Assembly: GCA_013265495.1 (NCBI GenBank)
Contig: MU058531.1
Coordinates: 2,108,911-2,172,910 of the forward strand
Length of the DNA: 64,000 nt
Source of the DNA: Vicugna vicugna
Taxonomy: Eukaryota
Direction: 5' to 3'
Part shown: piece by piece, positions 53,208-64,000 of the stretch
How the letters are laid out: every line of letters begins with the position of its first letter
Numbering within the stretch: the stretch's first letter is position 1
The notes under the pieces: model-generated
The model's database searches: none
What the model saw: the letters and a program-made list of their open reading frames with translations, nothing else
What the model was told of the DNA's origin: nothing
Made by a program: the position numbers and the translations under genes

Positions 53208-54230
53208 AAGATTGTAGCTTTTGTAGTTTTTATGGTTGAGCTTGGCAGGTGATGGGAGAAATGAAAGTTGAGAAATGCCAATCTAGTGTTTCAGACTTAG
53301 GAATAAACTATAAGTTTCATTATTATGCCTGCATATTTCCTAAAATCCTGTGAGCATATCTTACGCTGATGTTGATTTCTATTTACGTAATTCTTAGAGT
53401 GACCTTATTTCAAAATTTTCCACTCTATAACATACAAACAATATTACTGTCCTTTTCTATTTTCAGTTTTGATGTCAGTTCATATGGTCTATTTTATCAA
53501 AGTGAGCTAGACGAGGAATTAAAAATATTTCTAGATGCTAGTTCTGGGGGAATAAGATGTATTTTTATCCACATGTTATTTCTTAAGTTAGAACCTGAAA
53601 TTTTTGCCAGTGGTGGCAAGAATTTCTTTGGTTGGCAAGCAACAGTACAAAAGATAATTTTACCTATCTTCCCACATTTTTGCCCTGCTTGGCATATTAC
53701 ATAAATTGGAGTTGGTGCAGCTGTGAAGACAGAGAATGGGTTTTGAGCGGAGCCTTCTATTTTTTTTCCCTTTTTAAAGGGGAAGTGCTTTGTCTCCCCC
53801 TGGTGGACAACCTTATCTTTGCAACATCAGCCAAAGTTCTCAGACCAGGCTGCACTTGAGGTTACCTCCAGCGGTGCTTGTTCAGCAGGCCCAACACCCG
53901 GGCCCCTCCCCAGGCTAATTCAGTCAGAAGGTATGGAATAGGACCCAGGATCTGTGTTGTTCTTTTTTAAGATCTGTAGCTAATTTTAATGTGCAATTGG
54001 GGTTAAGAACCACTGAGTTAGAAGCAGCTCTGAATCAGTATGAACACTGGACATTTGTTCCTCCTGTAAGCTTGTTACAAGGAAAAAGAGCAATCTGCGT
54101 AGGTGAATTCTGTAGTCTTCCAGAGGCCCTTTTCCACCTGCCAGAGGGGAAACCATCAAGGAGTTGTTAAGAATATCAGAAATCTAAATCTACTTCCTGA
54201 GTGACTCTTCCTACGATGAGACAATGAGCA

Positions 54231-54251
54231 AACACACACACACACACACAC
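54231..54251. repeat. (CA)n microsatellite
   Basis: About 10 CA units. Confidence 0.85.
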
Positions 54252-54699
54252 TATCAGACTGCTCCATGGAAAAAGCTGTCAAGTACTTTCAACCCGATAT
54301 TGATACCTTATGTATTTACTAAAACTTTCTCGTGTATTTTCTCATTTAATTCCCTCCAGAACTTGTTAAAATGAGTATTCTCTCTTCCCATGAGTGTAAA
54401 TACTCACCTAAGAACACAGAGCCCTACAGTATCTTAGGTGCACACTCAGACTCTACTTTCCCCTGCATCTTTTTGCTCATTAAATCTTACATTGCCAGAA
54501 TCAGCTTCCTCCTCAGCCTGCTATCTTTTCAAAAGCCTTCACAAATGAATTCCCACTGACCATGGCTCAGCCTTCATCGTGATGCATGTGTTATTGATAT
54601 TAAATTTAGTTACTTAAAAGGTTCTGCTTCTGGCAACGGTTGACCAGATGGTTCTGCACCCTCTCACTGAAGACAACAATTAAAGTTGTACAAAGTGCA

Positions 54700-55600
54700 T
54701 ACCACTGAAAGAGTGAAAAGGCAAGCCAGAGAGTGAGAAATAATATTTGCAATGCATAACACTGACAAAAGAGCTCACATCCAGAAGATACACAACTCCT
54801 ATAAATCCCTAAGAAAAAGACTGGCAACCTCCCCCCCACAAAATGGACAAGAGACTTCACAAAAGGGAATACTGAAATAGGCAATAAACATATGGAAAGG
54901 CTCTCATCTTCACTAGTATACAAAGAAATACAAATTAAAACTACAAAGTATTCACCCACCACACCCATTAGAGTGGTCAAAATTGAAGAGACTAACAATT
55001 CCTATGATGGTAAGCAACTACTACTTTCATACTCCGCTGGTAAGAGTGGAAATTGGTAGAACCACTTCGGAAAATTGTTTGATGGCATCCCCTAAAGTTG
55101 AACATACATGGGTATCTATGACAGCAATTTCACTCCTAGATACCCCCACAGAAATGCATGTGAGTGTATACCCAAAGACAGGCTTAAGAATGTTTATAGC
55201 AAACATCAACCAAAAACTGGAAACCTAAATGTCCTTCCATAGTAGAATGGATACATTGTGATATATTCATACAATGAAATTCCATATCACAATAAAAGTG
55301 CAAAAAACTAGAGTTACACACATAATAAATGGGTAATCTGACAAATGCAATTTTTCACAAATAGGACAAACAATGTGTATTTAAAATTTTTCATTTATAT
55401 AAAGTTCAAAGAAGGCAAAACTAAGCTGTTAGATGTCAAGACAGTGGTTACGTTTAGGTAACAGGGAAAGGTAATAACTGTAGGGGGAAGGGATAATGAC
55501 TTATTTCTTCTTCTGGGTTGTCATTACATGGAAGTGTTCACTTTGTGGTAATTCATTGAGCTGTAAACCATTTTGTGCACTTGAGGGCAAAAAAGTTAAA
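54700..55600 (+). mobile_element. Old L1 3' region
   Basis: gagtgaaaaggcaagcc...gaaataatatttgcaatgcata...gcaatttcactcctagata. Confidence 0.8.
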
Positions 55601-55809
55601 AAAGCAAGACAGGATATTCAAAAATAGTTTTGTAACACTCAAGCCTTCCTTGTATTTTTAACCTTAAGTGGGAGAGTTTTAATTGATGGGATGTAATCGC
55701 CAGTGTTCCTCAAACTTTACGGTACCTATAACTCTTCTGAGAATCTTGTGAAAAGGCAGATTTGATCCAGTATTCTGGTGTGGAGCTCACAATTCTTGCA
55801 TTTCCAGGG

Positions 55810-58800
55810 CTAACCTAAAGAAAAATGCACAACATGAGAGTTGTGAGTTCAAGTTTGGTAACTCCTGAGAATTACAGCTCAGGAGATAGCCACACTAGCT
55901 CTGTGTAGGGGAGGAGCCAGTACACATATGAATTTTTTGGTTGGGAAATACATGTAGTCAAGCATACATCCTCTCTTTAAAAAAAAAAACAACTTTAAAA
56001 AATTTTAATGGAGGTCCTGGGGATTGAACCAGGACCTCATGCATGCTAAGCAGGCACTCTACCACTGAGCTATCTCCCTTGCCCCAAGCATAAATCCTGA
56101 TAAAAGATGACTGCTAATCACAAAGAACAGATATCCCAAGTTAATGATTTTAGACTTTTCCATGTGTGAGAAGATGCAAGAACCTGGGATCACTGAAATT
56201 CTTCCCAAGAGATGCATCAAATTATCTACAATGCCTCATCCGGTTTTATCATCTGAATCCCCTCAGGGTGCACTGTCCGTGGTTGACCGCAGTGGGCTGG
56301 GATTTAACCCTTGTAAAACTGGATGATGAGCAACACTCTTCTTTTTTGTTCAGAGTCTCTCCCCTTTTGGCCATAAATTCAATCAAGGTTTGGGAGACAT
56401 TTCATGACCAATTTGTCCCACAGCACTAGGAAAGCTCATTCTAGGTCAAGTGAGGATTTCATTGATAGGCCATTCATGTGCTATAACCGGACTAGGTCCT
56501 GTTAATAACCTAAAAATTCTCTGGATCATCTGTCTTAGTCATCTGTTATGATCCAGGAAATGTTTCTCCCTTGTTGCTTCTTCCCGTATCTATTGCAATT
56601 AATGTTATATAGAGCTATAGATGAGATCAGTTGCCTCAAGATGCTTAGCCATCATTAATTGTGTCAGAGAGCTGGTTATACATGAGATAATGCAAGAAAC
56701 AACAATCATAAAACAGGATATAAGTAATATCACCAGCAACATTAATAAGGATACGGTACAGCAGCAAGAGACACAAAGCATACATAGTTTAAAAACAACA
56801 AAGAGAGAACAAGTTAGAACAGCAGTTAGTATAGACAGTTGCAACCTGAATCACAATAAACTACCAAGTCCAGAGGGGAGCCCCCTGAAGAAGACAAATT
56901 CTGGATGGATCAGGTAGAGAGAAAAAGATAAATGTTTCATCTTTGTTTACGTAGGTATGCTTCATCAAATTTCTGTAAGTCATAATTAGCGTAAAAAGAA
57001 AGGTTTCCTCATAACTGGAAAACAAAGACTAAAAGCCAGTCATATTTAAGACCAAAAGTCATAAAAAGTATAAATCATATACATCAGTTCACTCAGTCCC
57101 ATGTAATTAATTCTTGCTAATCTTGATCTTTTGTTTCAGTAGATGAAGCCATCAGGTTTCGCATTAGAGTTCTGTAATTTCTTACCCAGTTCAGTGGTAT
57201 GATTTAAGTTATCAGAAATCCGTATTTGTCAAAAAGGTCATTTCTATGAATCTTCTTGAAGAGCTTCATTTTTGTAAAAGCATCAGAGCAGAACAATAAC
57301 TGTCTACAAATGACAAAAGACTTAAAACGTCATGGTTAAAGACCTGATTACAATGCAATTGACAAGGAAATTTTGTTATTTCTGTGACATACAATATTTT
57401 AAGGTAATAACTAAAATTATGACTGATAACACTATATCAAGACATATCTAATTTTAGGAATTTCATATAATTTCTAGAACATTTATATTAATAACATTTA
57501 CCCATATAATCTAAGAAGGCTTATCATCATTCATTTGACAATGCTGCCCATGTAATTTAACATACCAAATTAAGCCTAACTCGTTTGATATCTCTCTTTG
57601 AGATGTTTCAGGGGCCTTGTGAAGCATCCCGAAAGTTTGCTAGAGGTCCAAAGGACTCAATTAAGAATTTGATTTGAGGAAGTTTATCAAAGATATCAAA
57701 AGTTAAAAAAAAAACCAGTTGATCAGTTAGGATCATAGGTCACTGAGAAACAATACTTATTAATTTAGCCAAAGTGACAATAAAAAATTTCAAAGGCATA
57801 TTACAGAAAGTTACAAGATTATTTAAGTGGTAAAGAAACTTTACAACTGTTATCAAAAGCAGATTAATATTCCAAGAAAGCTTTGTCCTCTTAACAGAGA
57901 GAACCAAGTTCTCATTTTCTACCCTCTTATTTTTAATATTGATTCATTTACCTTATTCTAATTTTAGCCAGTCCTAAACATACACAAAACTCTTTTCTCA
58001 GGGTTCTTTTTCCATAAATCTTGTATAGCATCCTTTTTTATCTTCAGATTTTATCTTGTAAATTCCTTCCCTCTTTTTCTCTCTTAACCTCTCTTTAGGA
58101 CAAAATTATTTTCTTTTCTCTTAATAAGATGCATTTCTATTTCTTAAATTTCTTTTTCTTACACACAAAACATTTTTCTTATTAATTTTAGTAATTTCAA
58201 TTATATATATTAATTAGAATTCTAAATTTTACAAAAAAGCTTTATTTCCTAGTGAAAGCTAAAAAGTAAGCAATTATAAACTGTCTTTTACATTAGCATT
58301 CTGTAGATTGGCAAACTTAGAAATGTTATTTATAATTTCTAAAAACGTGCTTTCTTATAGAAAATTTCTCAGTACGGCACCAGACATATTTATGAATAGT
58401 CCTAAATATCTGTAAGTATCTCTATAAAAGGAAGCCTATGTCCAGTAACTGATGTTTCAGTATCATATTTTATCTGGGAGTGATCTAGATAATAAATTTT
58501 CATCATTTAGCTTAGATGATGAAACTCTACAGTTTCAAGTTACCAAAAAGGCTTGGAGAAACTATTTTTAAGCAGACATACCATAAAACATAATTATTCT
58601 TACATAGTTTACTTAAAAACTCTGATTTGCATTCAATTTACTTATGGAAATATTATCATACCAAGTTATTTTTCTTGCTGACAAATTTTGTAACGGATAA
58701 CATGAACTTCTTTGACCAGTAAACCCAGGTAGAATAAAAGTTTTATATTTAATGTTGATAATTCTAAAGACATGTCTATTTAAATCAACTTTAAATTTTC

Positions 58801-60500
58801 TTTTATTTACTAGAGATTAATCTTAGATCTTGTGAACATGAAAAACAACTGGGTTAGTTTGTACTGTATCTAGAAATATTTAACCCATAAGTGCTTACAT
58901 TTAAGCCAATTAAACAGAGCTCTTTGTAAATTAGATTTTGGGTGAGGGATACTTGCCAGCAGCTTGTACTTTTTAAAAGGCCTCTTTTCTTCTTTTTCCT
59001 TTGGTTTTAGGTTCTACTTGATTGAGTTAACCAGACTCAGTCTCAGGTCATGGTGGGCTGCATTTGCATTTCTGATTCGTAGAGGCAAGACAAAAACAGT
59101 TACTTTTAATTCCCCAAAGAACTGAGCTTTGAAAAGACGGATCTGCTCAACTACATTTAAAGTTTTGTTTCTGTATATCAGTGAGAAACTTTCCAATTAA
59201 AATAGAAGTCAAAAGATTTCTACATTCCAGAACTTCAGGGTTCAATGTATTCAAAGGCATTGAACAAAGGCCCTCTTTCCAAACACATAAGTCAACCCTA
59301 CAGCAATTGACCCTAGGGGTAAGAGTCTCCATTATTGTTTCTAGTGGCCCCTGAATATTAGCCCCAAGTTTTTAACTCACACTTTAAGGGCTCAGGTAAC
59401 CTTACTGGTTTTCTTTAGCATGTTCAATGAACATTGCCTGAAGGGCAGATTTATATGCCCTGTTTTATAACACCAGGCACAGGGGAAGCATTCCCCAGTG
59501 GGACATAATGTCTATCCCCACAATGTAATCATGCAAAAGAGATGCAACCATCTTACACAAAGCCTGCTCAATAGACCAATTTTCTTACAAATTTTGTTTC
59601 AACTCCATCAACTCGTCTATCCTTAACCTTAGCCTTCATTAGGACCCCATCAACAAGTCTTGATCTTAAAAGGATTCCCAGAAACTTTTCCTTTTTATCC
59701 CACAGCCATTTAATCCATTCCTGTATAAAAGGCGTTGGGGTCCCCAGTGAGGGGTGGAGCCGAGGGATCCAGGCCCCTTTATCAATCTTAAACTTGATTA
59801 ACTGGCTTAACTGTTGTTCCAAGCAATTGCTAGTGAGGTCTCTCAGTGTAATTTTTTCCTTCTAGCCCCTTAAATGTTTCCAAACTGGGGTACATAGAGT
59901 GAACTTGTTTAGGGCCCTTTAATGCTGAGTGGACCCACAGAAGGTTCCTTTGGCACATCCAACCTTAGGTAGTGCTTTATCAAAGCCTTTGTTTTAATCC
60001 CATCAATGTCAGTTTTATTTATCCCATTTCTTAATAACAATCTAAAGATTCCCATCCTGCTGGGACAAGTCCCATGACTTTCCCCTTAATAACCCTTTCT
60101 ATTCCCTAGTGAACCTAATTAACATTCATTAACTTAATGTGTTTTTATTAGCATTTGAAGGACCCAGTGAGGGAAGCAAAAATTCAAACAGACTTCCTGA
60201 ACAGGTGTGCTTTTTTTTTTTTTTTAACTAAAGGAGTTCTTAAGGTTAGTTAGTCGTTATATTTCTTTGTACCCACATTTTAATTTGGTCTTTCCATAGG
60301 GACAAATAAAACAGCTGTTTACAATGAGAACACTCTAAAAATTTACCAATTTAGAAATATTTCCAATTTAAAAGATCGATCAGTCAGCCACTGAGGAATA
60401 AGATCTTAATAGGGACTCAAAGCATGAAAGGGATGTCCCCATAAGATTGTGCAAAGGATTGCAGCACTCACAAGCTTTGAGACAGATTCAGATACTGGTA
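55810..60500 (-). mobile_element. Degraded ERV1-like provirus: 3' LTR ~55810-56354, polypurine tract, AT-rich internal region, gag-like remnant near 60200-60480
   Basis: Minus-strand PPT aaaaggggagaga (~56356-56368) abuts LTR-like sequence; hydrophobic, Cys-rich env-TM-tail-like ORF at 56605-56844; no 5' LTR recognised. Confidence 0.72.
55973..56084 (-). mobile_element. tRNA-derived SINE inserted in the ERV LTR
   Basis: 14-bp TSD caagcatacatcct (55959) / caagcataaatcct (56085); tRNA-like head. Confidence 0.9.
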
Positions 60501-61689
60501 AAAAGGTTAGCTAGTCACCTATAATAAATGAAGGCCTTTGAAGAATCTAGCCATTAAAATTGAAGTCTAGTGCCCAGGCTGGTCACTCTTTGGGAGTTAG
60601 CGAAAGCAGATACATCAATAGCCTCTGTGCTTTACCGAGTATGTGGAAGGGAAGGAAAATGCCCATATTGATCCAACTGTAATCATAGCAATTACATCTG
60701 CAGTGATGGTTGTAGGCAGAGATTACATAGCTGAAGTGCTTTTATCTTGCTCCAAAGCAGTGATGGGAGGAAGACCAAGATGAGGGAAATGGGGCAGCTG
60801 GGAGGGGAAGCACAATTTGACATGGTGGATTAGAATAACCAGAACATCAGGTTCCTCCTTCTGGTGGAATTTAATCTGGAGATTAAAGGAGACTCAAGTC
60901 AGAACATTCAGTGTACTGGACTGTGACTTGCAAAAACTGGTACAATTGGACCAAGTGATGAACAAACCTCCTGAAAGCTATAGAGACCAAGCGTAATAAG
61001 GCTCACTTAACGTGCCCACCAATAATAATAATAGTCTCCTGAATTTCTCTGAAGTTATTCTCTTGGTCTTAACAGTCTTAATTTTTCTTAAATGCTACTG
61101 AAGATCCAGAACATTATAACCAAAAGAGCACTCAGTAGCATATCATTTCCCCACTTTTAGATGCTATACTTGGCTTTCTTCTCTTGTGCTTTTAAATAGT
61201 ATTTACCTACAAGTTTTCATTAGTACTTGCTAAGTGACTTCTATCACATAATAGGTGTAGCCTTCTATAATAAAAAAAATTAAATTTAAAAACAGATGAG
61301 AAAGTGATGATTCTAAGTATTAAAACATAACGTTCCCTTTGCAAAAGTCTTCACAACTGGGTTCCTTTGGCTGATAATTTCCCCTAGGGCCTTTAGAATT
61401 AATTCAGCTACACTTACCTTACAAACTACTTTGGGTCCTATTTACAGAATTTCAAACTGTCCCCCAAAGCTGTCCATCAACTTCATCAAGTGGAATTATC
61501 AACACTTGTTTTCTAAGGTGAACTTTAATAAAATACTTCCCTTATTAACTCCATAATTCTAACTCGGCATACTTTATAGTTGTGAAAAGCTGCCTCCAAA
61601 ATATGATCTTTTGCTACAAGAAAGAAGTGCATCTACTCTACAGGAGGAAAAGAAACCTTTAAAAAAAAAAGCTAGAAGCTAGAAGCTTT

Positions 61690-63700
61690 CACTTGGCATT
61701 GTCAGTATTTCTAACTATTCTAGTCTGCATGGAATGGTATCTCATTTTGGTTAACAATTTTATTGACATAGAACATTTCCACTTATCTAAGTTTCCTTAC
61801 GTCATTTGATTCCATCTCCTGGCCTGCATCTCCAGGCAATCACTGGTCTTTCTTCTCACAGCCGTTTTGCCTCTCCTGTTGGCTTTAATTTGCATTTCCC
61901 TGATGACTCATGATGTTGAGTACCTTTTCGGGTATGTATTGACCATTACTTCCATCTCCTTTAGTGAAGCATCTTTTGAACTCTTTTCCAACAGTATTGT
62001 CTTCTTTATGAAGACAATATATATATAGTCTTATATATTCTTGTATATAAGTCCTTTGTCTGATTTATGTAAATACTTCCTCCCAGTCAGCAGCTTGCCA
62101 TTTAACTTTCTTAATGGGGTCTTTAGAAGAGGAGTTTTAAACTTGAAAAGCTTCAATATGTCCATTTTTTCTTTGATGGTTAGTGACTGAGTTTTGCCTA
62201 CCAAACTTCAGAAAGATTTTCTCCTGTTTCCCTGTAGAACTTCTCAGTTTAATTTCTAAATCTGTAGTCCTTTTTGAGTTAATTCTGTATATACTGTGAG
62301 ATAAGGGTTAAGGTTCAATTTTTTTTTTCCATAAGGAGATCCAATTGTTCTTGAAACATCAGTCGAAAAGACTGTTTTTCTCCCATCAAAGTACCATGAT
62401 ACTTCTGTCAAAAATCAATTGAAATAAATGTGGAGATCTATTTCTGGGCTCTTCTCTTCCGTTGATCTATGATTATTCTTAGGCTAATATCTACTAGCTT
62501 GATTATAGTTTCATATAAGCCTTTCTATCAAGGATAAATGTGTTCTTTTTTAGAATTATGTTAGCTATTCAAAATTCTTTGCATGTCTATGTAAAACTTA
62601 AAATCGGTTCGCAAATGTCTACTCAAAAAGCCTGTGGGAATTTTGACCAGCATTGCTTTAGAAATCTACAGCTAAATGGGGGAGAATGGAACTGTCTCCC
62701 AATCCATAAATATGATGCATCTTTTTATCTGGGTCTTTAAAAAAATTTCCTTCAGTAATGTTTTGAAGTTTTCAGTGTACAAGTTTTTCACATTTTTGAA
62801 AATTTGGCCCCTACTTAATTTTTTGGTGCTATTGAAAAGTATATATGAACTTTGTGCATATTATACAGATATAAAATTGATTTGTTAATGCTGATTTATC
62901 TTTTGCCACCTTGTTAATTCAGTTATTAGTAGCATTTTTCTAGTCCTTAGGGATTTTTGGGTTTTGGTGAGTTGATATTGGTACGTGCTCATGCCATCTG
63001 TGAATACAGTTTCACTTCATTCTTCCCAATCTTTATTGCACTGACCAGGACCTTGTATACAAGTCTGAAGAGAAGTAGTGAAAACATACATCTTGGTGCA
63101 GGGTCAAAGTGTTCAATATTTTATCCTTAAATATGATGTTACCGTTAAGTATTTTGTGAATTCCCTTTATTAAGTTGAGCAAGTTCCCTTCCATTCCTTG
63201 TTTGTAAAACACTTACTGTATCCAGCGAAATGATCACGTGGTTTTTCCTCAATTCCGTCACTATGGTAAATAAAACTAATTGATTTTCAAATATTATACT
63301 AATCAACTGTATAAAAGATTCCTTTTCAAACATTGCTGGATTCAAATTGCGAATATTTTGTTGAAGACTTTCGGGACTTTTTAAAAGGGTAATTGGCTTG
63401 GAGCCTTCTTTACTTGAAATATCTTTGTCTCATTTTGGTATAAGGATAATACTGGCTTCACAAATAGGGTTCCCTCCTCTGTTTTCTAAAATCCTATGTA
63501 ATATTGGTATAATTTCACCCTTAAGTGTTTGCTAAAATTCCCCAGCAAAGTCGTCTGGGTTTAGAATTTTCTTTGTGGAGAGGGCATTCATTCAATTTCT
63601 TAAAACAGATAAAGGAATGTTCAAATTTTCTATTTCTTTTCATGTCTGTTTTGGTAATTTGTGTCTATCATCTAAGCTGACAAATTTACTGGTATATAAT
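61690..63700 (-). mobile_element. Old L1 ORF2 fragments
   Basis: ttaatttgcatttccctgatgact...ggagatctatttctgggct...ctggattcaaattgcgaatattttgttgaag. Confidence 0.82.
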
Positions 63701-64000
63701 GTCTAAACAAAGATAAAGGGGACGAAGGCCAGACTTTCCTTCAGGTGAGGCTCAGCTCCCGACTACACACTGACCATGTTATTAGGAGATTCTTGGTGGA
63801 GCATTTAGGGGTGAGGAGTCATACCATCTGCAACCTACTGAGAGACAGGGAGTAGGTGCAGCAAACACCATAAAACTGGTGAATCCAGGGTGAAGGGTAT
63901 ATGGGCATTCACTGTACTATTTTTACAACTTTTCTGTAGATTTAACATTTTTCCAAAGAGAAGTTAAATGATATATTCATATTCCATAAGCCAGTAATTT

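Noticed and set aside
1..64000. CRISPR array, rRNA, prokaryotic-type system, or IDE exons
   Set aside because: No repeat-spacer array, rRNA similarity or operon structure; no IDE-like peptide seen, so IDE presumably lies beyond the window.

Overview
Mammalian nuclear DNA, most likely a camelid (inferred from several short tRNA-derived SINEs of the Vic-1 type). The only intact gene is the 3' end of MARCHF5 (MARCH5/MITOL, mitochondrial E3 ligase) on the + strand: three final coding exons (4832-5015, 5173-5339, 6127-6243) and a 3'UTR that probably runs to about 9010. The remaining ~55 kb is repeat-rich intergenic sequence (L1, L2, MIR, MLT/MER21/ERV1 LTRs, MER5/MER20/Tigger/Charlie DNA transposons, a ~4.7 kb ERV1-like remnant, an ERV-L pol remnant). 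It also holds a decayed processed MARK2 pseudogene (~40.6-43.6 kb) at the position where, as I recall, human has MARK2P9 (between MARCHF5 and IDE). I found no convincing new biological system. The best leads are the ancient MARK2 retrocopy with its isoform record and CpG-rich core, focal GC/CpG gain in old repeats, a 102-bp LTR-like insert with an L1-type target-site duplication, a near-perfect 192-bp dispersed duplication, and two twin-primed L1 inversions. Repeat family names were assigned by eye from recalled consensus sequences, and most repeat boundaries are approximate.
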